Shown here: in pieces, positions 39,736 to 51,736 of the stretch
Layout: every line of letters begins with the position of its first letter
Position numbering within the stretch: the stretch's first letter is position 1
Notes under the pieces: generated by a model
Database searches by the model: none
What the model saw: only the letters and a program-made list of their open reading frames with translations
What the model was told of the DNA's origin: nothing
Translations under genes and position numbers: made by a program
Origin: Marsupella aquatica
Taxonomy: Eukaryota; Plantae; Marchantiophyta
NCBI GenBank assembly: GCA_973895155.1
Contig: OZ316896.1
Span: forward strand, 9,135,539-9,199,538
Direction: 5' to 3'
Length of the DNA: 64,000 nucleotides

Positions 39736-42700
39736 ACAAGCAAGAGAAATAGTACACGACAAGATCAGGTTAATTAACAATGGGTGCAGGTGAGAGTTTA
39801 AGGTGTCATCGTGCAATACTGACCGCTGAACTTACTCGTAGCGAGCAGGTTAAGTGACGGTAAATGGAACATAATGCGTACCTCTGACGTTGAAAACACT
39901 GGCCCAAAATCTGATCAAAGCATGTACGCATCAATCACACTCACATACCTGCCTCCGATTGCAAACTGTCTGACCCTCACGAAGCCAATCACCAAGGGCA
40001 CTCTTCTAAATATCCCTCTAAATTGCAATGAGAGGACAAGCGGAATACCTATCAAACCCACTCAAGAGCTGATTGTGCCTGCAATGCGTTCTGCGCGCAT
40101 AGAGCAGGAATGTTCGAAGTTGGGTTGAGTCAGTGTCTGAATGATCTAAAGCGCGATGCCGGCTTCAATGCAATCTTTTTATGTAAGAACACGATGTATG
40201 CGTCTCGATCCCGGAGTCACGCACCTACCTCTTTTGGTTTGGGTTTCCTTTATATATACGTAACTACGAAGGGAAGTGAAGGAATCACTATTTGCTGGAT
40301 GTTCGCTAACTTTACGACTCAATGTGCGCTGTGACGCCATAGTTGCGCTGAGGTCAGCATTTTTGGATGAGTAAATCTGGCTTGAGTGGAAAGGACTGTA
40401 GTGAGCATTTGCTCCGGTGGTTGCGGTCAGGCCTAGAAGGAGGACGAGTTGTGAGCATCTACGGCGCCGCAGGAGAAGTAGGCCCATAGTGGCGAGGAGA
40501 GGAGAAGAGACGTTAAGTGAAGTGAAGTGAGGTCAGGAAGGGAAGCGAGAAGGGACAGAAGGAAAGGGAGAAATGATGGAGGAGACGAAGAAGAAGAAGA
40601 AATGAGAAAGCAGTCAAGTAAGAACTGGCTGGGGCAGGCCTCCTGGCTGACATCTAAGAGCGCCGGCATGTGGGCTGCCGCAATGCTAGCTTGGTGGACA
40701 ACATCACAAGATTAGCATTGGTGTGCTGCCGGGACAACCCGGACGAAAGGCAAACGATTGGAGAGGTCGCAACTCAGCTGGAGTTGTGAAAGGGGACCTA
40801 AGTATACCAAGACTGACGACGGGATTGATACCGCTGATGCATACAGCAAAGAAATGAACTCACCTGAGAGGAGGGAATCATTCATCGGCAGCCCTAGCGC
40901 CAGTCCCACCAAACTGCTCCTGGGATTATCACCGATCCTGGATTTTACACTCTTCAAACAAGTCAAATGGTACTCAATAAAAATTTATGTTCTGGAGGTG
41001 GGCAAAGGATCACAACGCAATGGACTTCCACTATTCTTTCTGACTCGCCTTCCTCATGTGTGAACCAGATGGGGAGAGCACAACTACGCAGTGTCTCACC
41101 TCACAATGGCTGCTTCTGCCCTCGCTTATGTTCCCCCTATATTGCTCTCTTTTCACCCCAAGTCTTTTGCCTCGCGCGAAGTAGTAGCAGCTGCAGCCAA
41201 TTTGATATACAAAAACGCCAAGAAAACAAATGAAGGCATGCAGGCAAGTCCTCTAATCCTCTTCCTCCTCTCCGGCCTCCACCCTTGTCCTCGTACTCAA
41301 GTTTGACCTTGACTCCCCGCTCGACCCCCGCCTCGACCTTCACCTACTTTTGCTATTCCCCACCTTGAATGTTCTCACTGTATTGACTCAGATAGCAAGC
41401 ACACAAGACAAGAGCTCAAAAGTCCAATTGCGCGAAAGCAGCTGCAGCAGCATGGATGAGATTGGAGTTATAACTACTGTTACATCCTTATTATACCTCT
41501 GCTTAATGGCGAAGCTGCTTGCCAATGTACATGCTGCCACCTTACATCACTCGATCATTTTCCAAAGATAGGTTACTTTGTTGCAAAATGGATTGCTTGC
41601 AATCTGCAATGAAAGAGCTGATGTTCAGAACCCGGTTCAGTAGCTTTCCGTTGCTTTATGGTATCACAGTTAGATTGACAAAAAGGGATGCAAAGTAATA
41701 CCTTCAAAGCTTGGGCCTCTGCCAGATTTTCTTCCTGCTCTTTGGCTTTCACCGAGTCAAACCAAGCCAAAACCCTGCATCAGAACATGTGCCAAACTGT
41801 CAACTACAAAAACCCCCGCAAAATCCCACATTAAAACCTGTATCACCAGAGTCACATCAACTCACAGGCATACATTGTAACGCAAACTAGCAAGAGGGTG
41901 GCATGCACTTACTTTACCAAGCGAGGAGCCGACGGGGAGTCAAAAGCAATAAGTTGACTGTGTAAGAGCAGAGTATAGACGCAGGATGCACCCCGCATGT
42001 AGCCCAAAGAAGATACAAGAGCTATGGCGAGTCTAAAATTGCGTGACCTAAACTGGCAAGTGGGAGCGGGAGAGAGTACCTAGGGGAGAGAGAAATAGGG
42101 TACTTTTCACATGACGAAGGCACAGGGAGCGGGGCGAGGAGGAGGAGGCAAGGGGAGCTGGTGAGTGAACCCCCGAGCCGGCCCCCGAGCCGGCCCCCGA
42201 GTGAACCCCAGTGTGGCCAGCCCCCAGGTACCCCCCGGCACCCACCCATGATCACAGGAGCACACAAACCCTGACGCATATACACCAGGCCCCGGACCAG
42301 GCCTCATATCTGGCCGTCTGACTAAAGCAAGAATTAATCTAATCCGTCTATGTGGGATAATACCAAGTTGGCCCCAAAGACCCCGGCCCAATATCTACTC
42401 AACTCCCAAACACGTCTCCCAAAACCCATTTACCTCAACTTATGGATCACAAACCCTAAACCAAACTTGCCTTAGCATACCACATAATTAAATTATTGAT
42501 TTAGTACATGGACACGTGTACTAATGAGGTGATGACATGTGGACCAACCATAGAGTGACGCGCGTCCTAGGCATTTTGGGTAACCTTGCGTAAAATTCTT
42601 GTGACATGTATTTGATAAGAACCTTATTATTAATATTGTGCCAAATGTATATATGGGGATGTTATCTACTTTAAAAATTATTGTAAAAATTACTTTGCAT

Positions 42701-42774
42701 TGTATTAAAAATACCCTTGCGTCGTTCGCACGTCCGCCCTGTATTAGTAAGACTGAGGGCCCAGGGATTGCAAC

Positions 42775-45561
42775 TCCCTCTGCATTGCTGCATTCCACTC
42801 ATGCTTCTGCTCTGAAGCACAAGCCTCACTATACGAAGAAGGCTCTCCTTCTTCCAAGATCAAAGCCATGTCATCATCATCAGGTGCAATGTCAATATCA
42901 TCTAGCTTAGATGAGTCTGCCCATTGACCATACCTGGTAGGAGCTCTAGTCGAACGACTAGAAGTTCTTCTAGTAGATGACTCAGGCTGATCTGCAGCTG
43001 CTGCTGGCTGAATTTGAGGTACCCCAACTTACAACAATCTTCTCCTCTTGTTCCATAACAGGAACCAGCTCCAAGCCCGGAGCTTCTCCATTTTTCCTGT
43101 CATGCACTGCATCATGACTAATCTCCCCCTCAACCCGATCCGGGATGGGAGATTTTCCCTTGTCAGTATGGGAGTCTTGAGAACTCTCCCCCTCCTTTGA
43201 TGATCTGGATTCATTAAAGGACACATCTCTACTAACAATTAGCTTACAGGTTACTGGATCCCATAACCTATAACCCTTCACACCTTTCTGATAGCCAAGG
43301 AAAATGCACTTCTTCGACTTGGACTCCAACTTGGATCGAAGCTGGGAAGGTGTAAGCACATAAGCATCACATCCAAAAATCCTTAGATGTGAGTAATCTG
43401 CTGGACGCCCGTACCTTATTTCAAATGGCGTCTTGAATCCAATAGAACTGGATGGAGAAAAATTTACCAAATAAGCTGTAGTGTTGACAGCTTCAGCCCA
43501 AAACTCATGTGGTAAACATGATTGACTCAACATACTCCTCGAGCGGTCCAATAATGTTTGGTTGAGTCTCTCAGAAACACCATTCTGCTGAGGAGTATAA
43601 CTTGTTGTGAGATGGCGGGTAATCCCCTGATCCTTACAATACGTTCCAAATTCCCCGGAACTGTATTCACCGCCGTTATCTGATCAAAGATATCTCACCT
43701 TATTACAAGTTTGATTCTCTACTTGGGCTTTCCACTCCTTAAAAGTGGCAAAAATATCAGACTGATTGTGTAGAAAGTATATCCACACATACCTTGAGTA
43801 ATCGTCTATAAACGTGACATAGTATAACCGTTCAGAATGTGAGGGAGTAGGGGCTGGATCCCACACATCACTATGTACATACTTAAGTACCTCCTTACTG
43901 GTGTGAGTTCCAACTCCGAAGGGTTTCCTGTGCTGCTTCCCTAGCACACAGTGCTCACAAAATTCCAACTTACAAGATAGCAAATTAGAAAGTAATCCTT
44001 TCTTCTGAAGAATAACCAAATCTTTTTCACTCATGTGGCCCAAACGGAAGTGCCACAGCCGGGCCGTCTCCTCATGAGATAAGGTTACATTGGCTTCATC
44101 ACAACCTACACTGCCCTCTAAAACGTATAGATTTCTATGTCTCTTTCCCTTCAATACAACTTTAGTACCAATTGAAATCTGAAGGACACCATTAGCAGAA
44201 CTCCACTGATGGCCATTTGCTTCTAAAACTCCAAGTGAAATGAGATTTTTTATCATGCTGGGAATAAGTCTCACATTCCTCACCGTTCTCACAGCACCAT
44301 CAAACATCTGAAATCTTACAGATCCAAGTCCAACATCTTGACATGGGATTCCATTTCCCATCAACACTGACCTATTGGAAACCGTGTAAGAACTGAAAAA
44401 ATCTCTCCTAGAGAAAATATGAAAAGTACATGCACTATCTAAAATCCAATCATCACTACCTGGATTTGACACTACGTTGAGAGCATAACCTTGATATCAC
44501 AATATGTCATCATCATCGAGTAAATCTACCTCATGCGAGCTCGATGCCGCGTTAGCAAAGGCAGTAGGGACCTTTACTCGACAATCCCTTTTCATGTGGC
44601 CAGACTTGCCACAATTCCAACATGCAAGAGGCTTACTCTCTTGCGATTTCCCTCTGGATTTAGATCTCCCCCGTGATGTAGATCTAAACCTGTTCTGCCC
44701 ATTTGAGCGTTGCGCTGCTCTCCCACGGTTCACGTTCAGCGCAGTGCCAGAAGAAGATGCTGTCTATAATTGACCCAGCTTCTTCTGAGCATCATCAGAC
44801 AGTAAAGAGCTCACCACCTCATTATACAAAATGGACTTCAGATCTCTGTACAAGAGCACCTGTTTCAAGCCCTAATAAGACAGCGGTAAGGAGCTTAACA
44901 AAAGCAAGGCCTTATCCTCATCTTCAACTCCTTTTCCCAGGTTTGACAGATCCATCGCTAGACTATCAAACTCATCCAGGTGATCCTGCATTTTGCTCCC
45001 TTCCTTGAGCCTGAGGCTCCTCAAGAGAGACTTCTTGTACAGCCGGTCTGACGCATCTTCCCGACAGTACTTCTATCTAAGAGCCTTGAACAGTGACGCG
45101 CAATCCGCATAATCATCCAGCTGCTTGATGATGTGCGGCTTGAGATATAGCATCACTACATTGACAGCAATCACCTGCTCCTGTCTCCACTGTCTCATAG
45201 AAATCTCCTCCTCTCCATCATACTGCTCTCGCGAAGAGAGTAGATGAGCTAAGCCCATGGCCCGAAGGACACCCTTCACTTGCTTCTCCCACAACAAGTA
45301 ATCAGTACGACCATCGTACTTCTCCACCTCAAACTTCACTCCTCCAAATCTAGCCATCTCCCTCTTCTTCCCTACTACCGACAACTCTGGTAGTAGTACA
45401 GCTTCCTCCACTCCATGCCTCACCGGTAATCGTACCGGTGACACTAGTTCCTCCTCAAATGGTAGCAGCTCCTCCTCAAACTCACCGTCTGATCGTCGCG
45501 ATCTTGAAGCTCCACCGACGCCAATTCTTCCAGTATCCTTTGAGTCACTCATATGAAACAA
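42775..45561 (-). pseudogene. Copia gag-protease-integrase part, with nonsense mutations and one apparent frameshift near 43030
   Basis: KFEVEKYDG.TDY.LW (gag), zinc knuckle CWNCGKSGHMKRDC, protease WILDSACTFH, LWHFRLGH, CEHC, integrase HSDVW / IDDYSR / SDNGGEY / PQQNGVSER, KGYRLWDP, SRDV.F.E. Confidence 0.95.
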
Positions 45562-47177
45562 TCACGAAAACACATCTTTTTTTAAAACTTCTCACAAAAC
45601 TCAAAACTCAACACCGTCGCGTAGCCCACAAAGCTAGGAGTCCAATACTGAAAGACGAAATCAAAATCAAAATTTGACGGAAAAGTTATTCAAATTTTGG
45701 TCGGGTGGGTAAAACCTTGGGAAACTCCCCCGTTTTGACCACCACGGAGAATAACCAAAATACCCAGTACAACCCGTCGTTGGAATTGCAATGTGATTGG
45801 TGCGCCGCGTTGCTAACTCCATTGGCTACGTCCTCGCCGAAAAAGAACCAAAAAAGTTACCGTTTGGCAGACGGAATCTTTGTCGGATGGCCAAAAAACA
45901 GCTCTCTGTTTTTTGGGAATATTCCCGCATAGTACAGCAGGTCTCACAAGGGGCCGTTCCCCCTGTCGGAGTGGTTAAAACGGAGGGCGGCAGGTCCCGA
46001 CACCAAGGTTAAACCAATAAGGAGGAAAAAAAGTGGCAAAAAAAGGCCCTAAAGGGGGTGCAAAGCCCCTTATCACAAAAATACAAGTATATAAAGAAAA
46101 GGCGCATCCGCGTCGTATAGGCGACGCGAGGTGGGCCAGCGGGTGTACAGGGCGCCGGGGCGGGAAAAAGACAGGAGTACGCGGGCAAAAGGGGGGAGAA
46201 TACGGGCTGCGTACGCCTGAGGCACGGCCGGGGAGGGCGAGGCGACCGGCAGGGCTCCAGGTCGCGAGCGGGGGTTGTCCAGAGGGCGAGCGCGGGGGCA
46301 CGGGCGAAAAAAGGCCGAGTGTTCGTAAGGGCAGCTGCCGAGCGGCAGCTTTCGCGCCGGCTGGCGCTGCGCGGGAGGTCACGGCTGCAAGGAGGAGGGG
46401 GGGAGTCGCGAAGGAGTATGAGGGGAGGGCCGGGTGTGTGTATACACACACAAGTTCCAAAAGGACCCCCTTAAAACGAAAAAAGGACCCTTATGGAAGA
46501 AAATGAGTTCTCACCTTAAAAAAGCCGTTGTTTACACAAGGGAAAGATGAGTGCCGACGGTCCAAAGTTGCCAAATTTCACCGGTGAGGTCTGCTAGCTC
46601 CGCAGTGGGAAAAACTTTCCGTCGTGTCACACTTACTCCGCGTCAAGTGCCAATCTCGGGCTCAAAACGACCGCTTTGCCGCGATCAAACCGTTGAGCCA
46701 TAGCACTTTGCGTTTCTTCCACCAAGTCGGACGTCACGAAGAGAAACCCGGTTCAGATGGGAACAAGCTCCATAGCCTATGAAAAAACCTGAACGCCTAC
46801 ATCACTCGTCACGTCGCACTCGGTAACAACTCGGTAGCAATCCAGCTACCGAAACGACCAGCTCGCTTCAACCTTCAACTTGAGCTATAACATGCGACGC
46901 CTCCCACACCGCACAGCTCACACCGTTGAAAAAACAATCTCTGGTCTCTCCCCCGAAAAGCCATCGAACATGAATAAAACCTGAACGACGCAAATTTCAA
47001 TTCCTTCGCACCACGGATACCGATCAGCGAGTTCTAACCACCGTTAGAAAGCCCTCTCACTAACCTATCCGCTCAGCCACACACATTCGAGTTTCAAGCG
47101 ACGAAACTCCGAATGTACCATCGACAATGAACGCTGGAAAAACCTGTCACAAAAAAACCTCGTCACCTCCCAGGCAT

Positions 47178-47189
47178 GCTCTGATACCA
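47178..47189 (-). promoter_or_regulatory. Primer binding site (tRNA-iMet type)
   Basis: gctctgatacca reads TGGTATCAGAGC on the minus strand, 2 nt from the 5' LTR. Confidence 0.95.
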
Positions 47190-47191
47190 CT

Positions 47192-47523
47192 TGTTGAGCA
47201 TAGACGACATTCCCATGAACCATCCAATGCACAATAGTCGATATAGAGAGATACGTGGTTCACCTCCACATGAGGCTACGTCCACGGGAACACACAAGAG
47301 CTTTACTGCACTCTAGGCCGACCGGCCATACCAAACATCCACAACACAAGCTCTCCCTATCTCTCAACTAGCTCTGTAACAATGAGCCTAAGTTCCACTA
47401 GGGTCTAACATCAGCCCTGGCTATATGCACACCAGCACTACCGCTAACATTAGCTAAGTCCTAACCCGAGTTAGACTAACTGTGGTTAGCTCATGAGTCA
47501 CAAGACTAGAGCAATATCTAACA
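47192..47523 (-). repeat. 5' LTR of the copia element (332 bp)
   Basis: Near-identical to 28845-29188 and followed by TSD AGATT. Confidence 0.95.
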
Positions 47524-48779
47524 AGATTCTCCTCTACTGTTGCTAAACTAGGAAAAACTAAAAATCTCTCAATGCTTTAAGTGTACTAAAGTCCTTCTCA
47601 AGCCTTTAGATGTGGATCATCTCGTTAGAAAGATTGTCCTCTACTTTTGCTAAGCTTTGAGACACAATCACTGATGGCGTGGGCAATTGGGGAAACACTG
47701 TTGTCTCCAAACCTTCAACTCCCTAAACTTCAAAGCCAATTAAAATGTTCTTGGTGAGTAATTAAGAGCGAAAATTCAACTAATTATGTTTTGTTGCATG
47801 ATCCTAGTTGTCTCTGAAGTTGATACTTGTATGGAGGATCCAAAGTGAAGCTCCCCTGAAATAGTGAGTTTGGCAAGATGCTGAGATGGATCATTGTAAC
47901 TCAAATGGACCACTTTGAACCATAGTATTTTATTTCTGTTAATTAACATTTTTCTTTTGTTTAAATTGGAGAAGGTCCCCACAAGGACTTTTGTAGTAAA
48001 CAGTGCCCAAGAAATTGCAATTACATATGATTTATGTTAATACCTCTCTTTTGTATGAATTAGAAAAGGACAGTTTACCTACAAAAAGAGTGTCAAACAA
48101 AATACAATGGAGTGTCACCAAAAGGTCCAAAGAGGACAAACACACTCAAAAGAAGAGGACAAATGACAACCCTGAAAACCTTGAAAGAATTTTATTTTTT
48201 TAAATAAGATCTAATGGTTCAAATTCCGAATGTGGCAACTAAGTTCAGTTTGCAAGTGAGATGTGGATGTTCTTTAAGGGGCCAAGCTTCCATTGAGGCG
48301 CAGTAGTGCCCATCACCAGAGATCTACGATCTATGCTCAGTGTCACTGGACTAAAGGGGGGCCCACCCCCATGATGATGAGGTTAGCCTGGCACACCATA
48401 TACATTCGTTTCCCTTGGGCACATTGCATATTTGCATCTGAGACAACAAATCGCCACTCAGAAAGAAAAGAAGAGACAATATCATCCAAGGTGAAGAAAG
48501 AAAGAAGGGACCCAAGTTACCCAGCACTCCAGCACGGGCGCAGGCGCTCCAGACCGGGTGGGAGTGCGAAAGGGCAGGCATTTTGCAATTATTTTGGAGG
48601 CTGGAGTACATGAACCCTCCATAAGTGCGACGGCTTGGTTACCGGCATTGTCTTGCACTTATCAAATTTTGATTGATTGATAGTTACAATAAATTAAACC
48701 ACATTGTTGCAAGTAAGTTTGGTAAGTGCAACCCTGAGTACTTTGTGAGAGAAAATTAGCCATGCAGAATCAGAAAAAA

Positions 48780-49385
48780 CTGCCATCATTATTCACCACT
48801 TTGCATTCTGAGAACCACAAAGTATTCCATTGGGTTAAGGAATGATTGCCACTGAAAACATGCAGGCCATGGTCACATTCCAGAACCAGAGTACATACAA
48901 TTCTGAATTGAAATTTTTGCCCACTAAAAAGAATGCTGGCCATGGCAAAAATTCCCAAGATTCCAACCCTCTAAGAAGCAGTCACCACATTTGACAAAAA
49001 CTGGCTACTGTAAATTTTCTGTGGTCCATTTGTCAGAAGCCCTTGTCCTTACATATAGGAAGATCTATGGTCCAAAAGTAATTTAGTAAAATTATAATGG
49101 GCATCTTGGTAGCATTTCCACTTTAGACAAGTTGACATTACCCACACTTGCTGAAAAGGACAAATTTGCCATAATTTCACCACTTTGCATTCTGAGAAGC
49201 ACAAAGTGCTCATTAGGTTAAGGAATGTTTGCCACTAAAAAACTGCTGGCCATGGTCACATTCCAGAACCAGAGCTGCATGCAATTAAGAATTGAATTTT
49301 TTACGGAGTTAAAAAAATGCTGGTGATGGCAGAAATTCACCCGATTGCAGCTCTCTTAAAAGTATTGACCACATTTGGCAAATAA
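48780..49385. repeat. Diverged direct duplication, period about 385 bp
   Basis: ttcaccactttgcattctgagaa.cacaaagt...ggccatggtcacattccagaaccagag at about 48792 and 49177. Confidence 0.85.
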
Positions 49386-49641
49386 TTAGCTACACTGTTC
49401 ACCGCAATTATAAAAGGAGTTCTAACCGGGGTTCTGGCTAGCTAGAGACTAACTTAAATGCTAAGGAAGTGGGGGTTTAAAATTATTTTCATTGTTTACT
49501 AGCACATTACAATTTTGAAAGTGAAGCCCAGATAGACCACCATGTTGGACACATTGCTCCCGTCGATCACATTTTGGTGGTCCATGGGAGTTTTGGGCTT
49601 ATAACTTGATGATTATGAGTTTTAAAATAATTTTTAGTTTT

Positions 49642-50232
49642 ACTTTTTTGGCCAACCTATCCCCCAACTGACTGTAATTATCAACTTGTCTCCCAAACTA
49701 TTTTAATGCCTAAGTTGACCCCCTTTTCAAATATTGGGTACTCTAACTCCTCTACTGAAGTCACGGTAGTTCCGCATTGGCTGCCTGCCACATGACAAGG
49801 GCAATTTGCCACAGGGAATTCTACCCTAACCTGGGCTGGCTCATTCCCATTTTTACAATTATTTAGGGAGTACCGGGCTGGCTCCCTTGAGTTGCGCCAA
49901 GGCAGCCCCAACCCCGGTTTCCTCCCCTTCCAGCTTACCCGCAAAGGGACAGGCTTAACAACATGGCCTCCCCTTTCTTCCCTTTGCCGGCCAGGTACTC
50001 CCTAAATTGACACAATGGGAGTGAGTTGGCCCCGTTTAGAGTCTAACCAGTTGAGGTTCAGCATGGTCAGTAGTGCGTTGCCACAAGGTAGGCGGCCAAT
50101 GTGGAACGACCTCAGGATAAACACAAGAATTAGAGTAACCCATATTTGGAATGGGGGTCAACTTTGGAATTAAAATAGTTTGGGGGACAAGTTGATAATT
50201 ACAATAGTTTTGGGGGTAGGTTAGTAAAAAGT
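49642..50232. mobile_element. Foldback/MITE-like element with about 240-bp imperfect inverted arms
   Basis: Left taattatcaacttgtctcccaaactattttaat...agttgacccc...tttagggagtacc pairs with right ggtactccctaaa...ggggtcaact...attaaaatagtttgggggacaagttgataatta. Exact ends and TSD not resolved. Confidence 0.75.
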
Positions 50233-50287
50233 TGTTTCTAGTTTTCATCTGCAAGGTAACCAGAGAAGGAGGAGACATAAAAAAGCA

Positions 50288-50765
50288 GAAGCCCTAATAT
50301 TTCATATCAAAAAAATGAAATTAATATAAAAAAAGAAGCCCTAATATTTCATATCAACACAATGAAATTAACGGGGAAATTAATCTGATAGAATTGAAAA
50401 GTTCACTGTCACTTTGATGGAAGTGTAGCTTACTTACCTCTAGCGGATACTCAAAACTTAAAAAACATTAGAATTGATGATGGAAATGTAGCTAACCTAG
50501 CTCTAGCAGATACTCAATACTTAAAAAAATATTGGAATTTATGAGCATTAAGTTATTACCATTCAACTCAAATTTTGGGGAAATGTGGTCCACGGGAACA
50601 TCATTTTCAGTCCATGGGTGCTTCGATTTCCATCAAGTTATAACCATTCAACTTAAACATTGGGGAAATGTGTTTCATGGGAGCATCATTTTCAGTCCAT
50701 GGGTGCTTTGATTTCCATCAGGTTATTACCATTCAACTCAAACATTGGAGAAATGTGTTCCATTA
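50288..50765. repeat. Cluster of short tandem duplications
   Basis: gaagccctaatatttcatatcaa x2; ctctagc.gatactcaa x2; accattcaact.aaa..ttgg.gaaatgtg x3. Confidence 0.75.
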
Positions 50766-51689
50766 ACTCCTATAATACACAGTTGCGCCACTTTTTGACG
50801 AGCTTTTTGAAGTGGTCTTCATTCAAAATTTACAGTTTTCCATGCCAAGTGAAAGAAATAAAATATGCAAAGCAAAGCTAAGAGAACAAATAAAAATAAA
50901 GCCATGGCAAAATATGAAGGGGAACAGAATACTTCTTGGTATTCCTCATCACTTTAGCAAATAGACTTTTGATGTCATCATTGTACTTGAAAATACACTC
51001 TTTTTATCTAATCATTCTCCATGGTCTTATGTGTACTGACCTTGCCCCAATATACACCTCATGTGCATGCAATGCAAGGAGAATGTATACACTCATTCCC
51101 CTTGGTACTCATATGAATGAAATCATTTTATAAAAACAAATATACTTGGCAAAATTCAATATATATTTGGATGATATAACAAGGGGTTGGGAGCCAAACC
51201 ACTCTTGGCTAGGGTGCCAGGGTTTAGGGATACATATATAAAGGGACAATCACATTTGACAACATCAAAAACTATAATAAGGCATAGCGCCTTTTTTTTG
51301 CAGTGGCCATCATTTGAATTCACAGGTATGGGTGAAAGAAATTCAATACGGAAAAAAACCAAAGCAATACCGACCAAAAATGGCCCTCACACCAGCTCCT
51401 GAGGTCAACTGTCGTCTGATCGTGGTGACAGCACCGAGCCGAGGCAAGCAAAATGTCGTGTGGCCAGCCTCTACTACAAGTGGGGCGACCACTCTGCCGC
51501 CTTGCCCCGCGCGCTGACCGTCGACTGCCGCACTCTTACCTCCCACCACCCTCCTTCCTGAAATGGAGGGGTAAACAGGAAAAAGGGGCATTCTATGCAC
51601 GTTCTCCACATATTAGTTAAGGAGTTTCCTTTTCAGCAAGTGTGGCAGCTGTAAAATGGAAATAACAAGTGGTAAACAGGAAAAAGGCC

Positions 51690-51736
51690 CGATCGCAGGG
51701 GGGTCCACTTCTTTTACACGGAGTGAGGGCCCAGGG
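51690..51736. mobile_element. Solo terminus of a second member of the P-like transposon family
   Basis: The reverse complement ccctgggccctcactccgtgtaaaagaagtggaccccctgcga aligns to the left end of the 11.9-kb element (ccctgggccctcactctgtatatattaagtgaacccccctgaga), with the first 16 nt identical. Confidence 0.75.

Larger units (their letters stand above)
30897..42766 (-). mobile_element. 11,870-bp TIR DNA transposon (P-element/THAP9-like) nested in copia pol
   Basis: TIR CCCTGGGCCCTCA[C/G]TCT at 30897-30913 and inverted at 42750-42766; perfect 8-bp TSD ATTGCAAC (30889-30896 and 42767-42774). Removing the element restores the copia frame EWNAAMQRELQSLSDNKTWELV. Confidence 0.93.
28845..47523 (-). 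mobile_element. Ty1/copia LTR retrotransposon, full length (about 6.8 kb without the nested insertion)
   Basis: Paired TG...CA LTRs, 5-bp TSD AGATT (28840-28844 and 47524-47528), PBS and PPT in the correct orientation, and gag-PR-IN-RT-RH domain order. Confidence 0.97.

Noticed and set aside
30897-42766. Classification of the nested element as hAT because of its 8-bp TSD
   Set aside because: I saw no hAT-type CxxH, W-rich or C-terminal dimerisation (S...ER.FS) motifs, and the ends are not CAG or TAG. The motif order fits P/THAP9 better, pending a profile search.
45975-46506. Three overlapping ORFs of about 150 aa as an extra (env-like) copia gene
   Set aside because: They sit in the GC-rich 5' leader where stops are rare, are open on both strands, have Arg/Gly/Pro-biased composition and show no domain signal.
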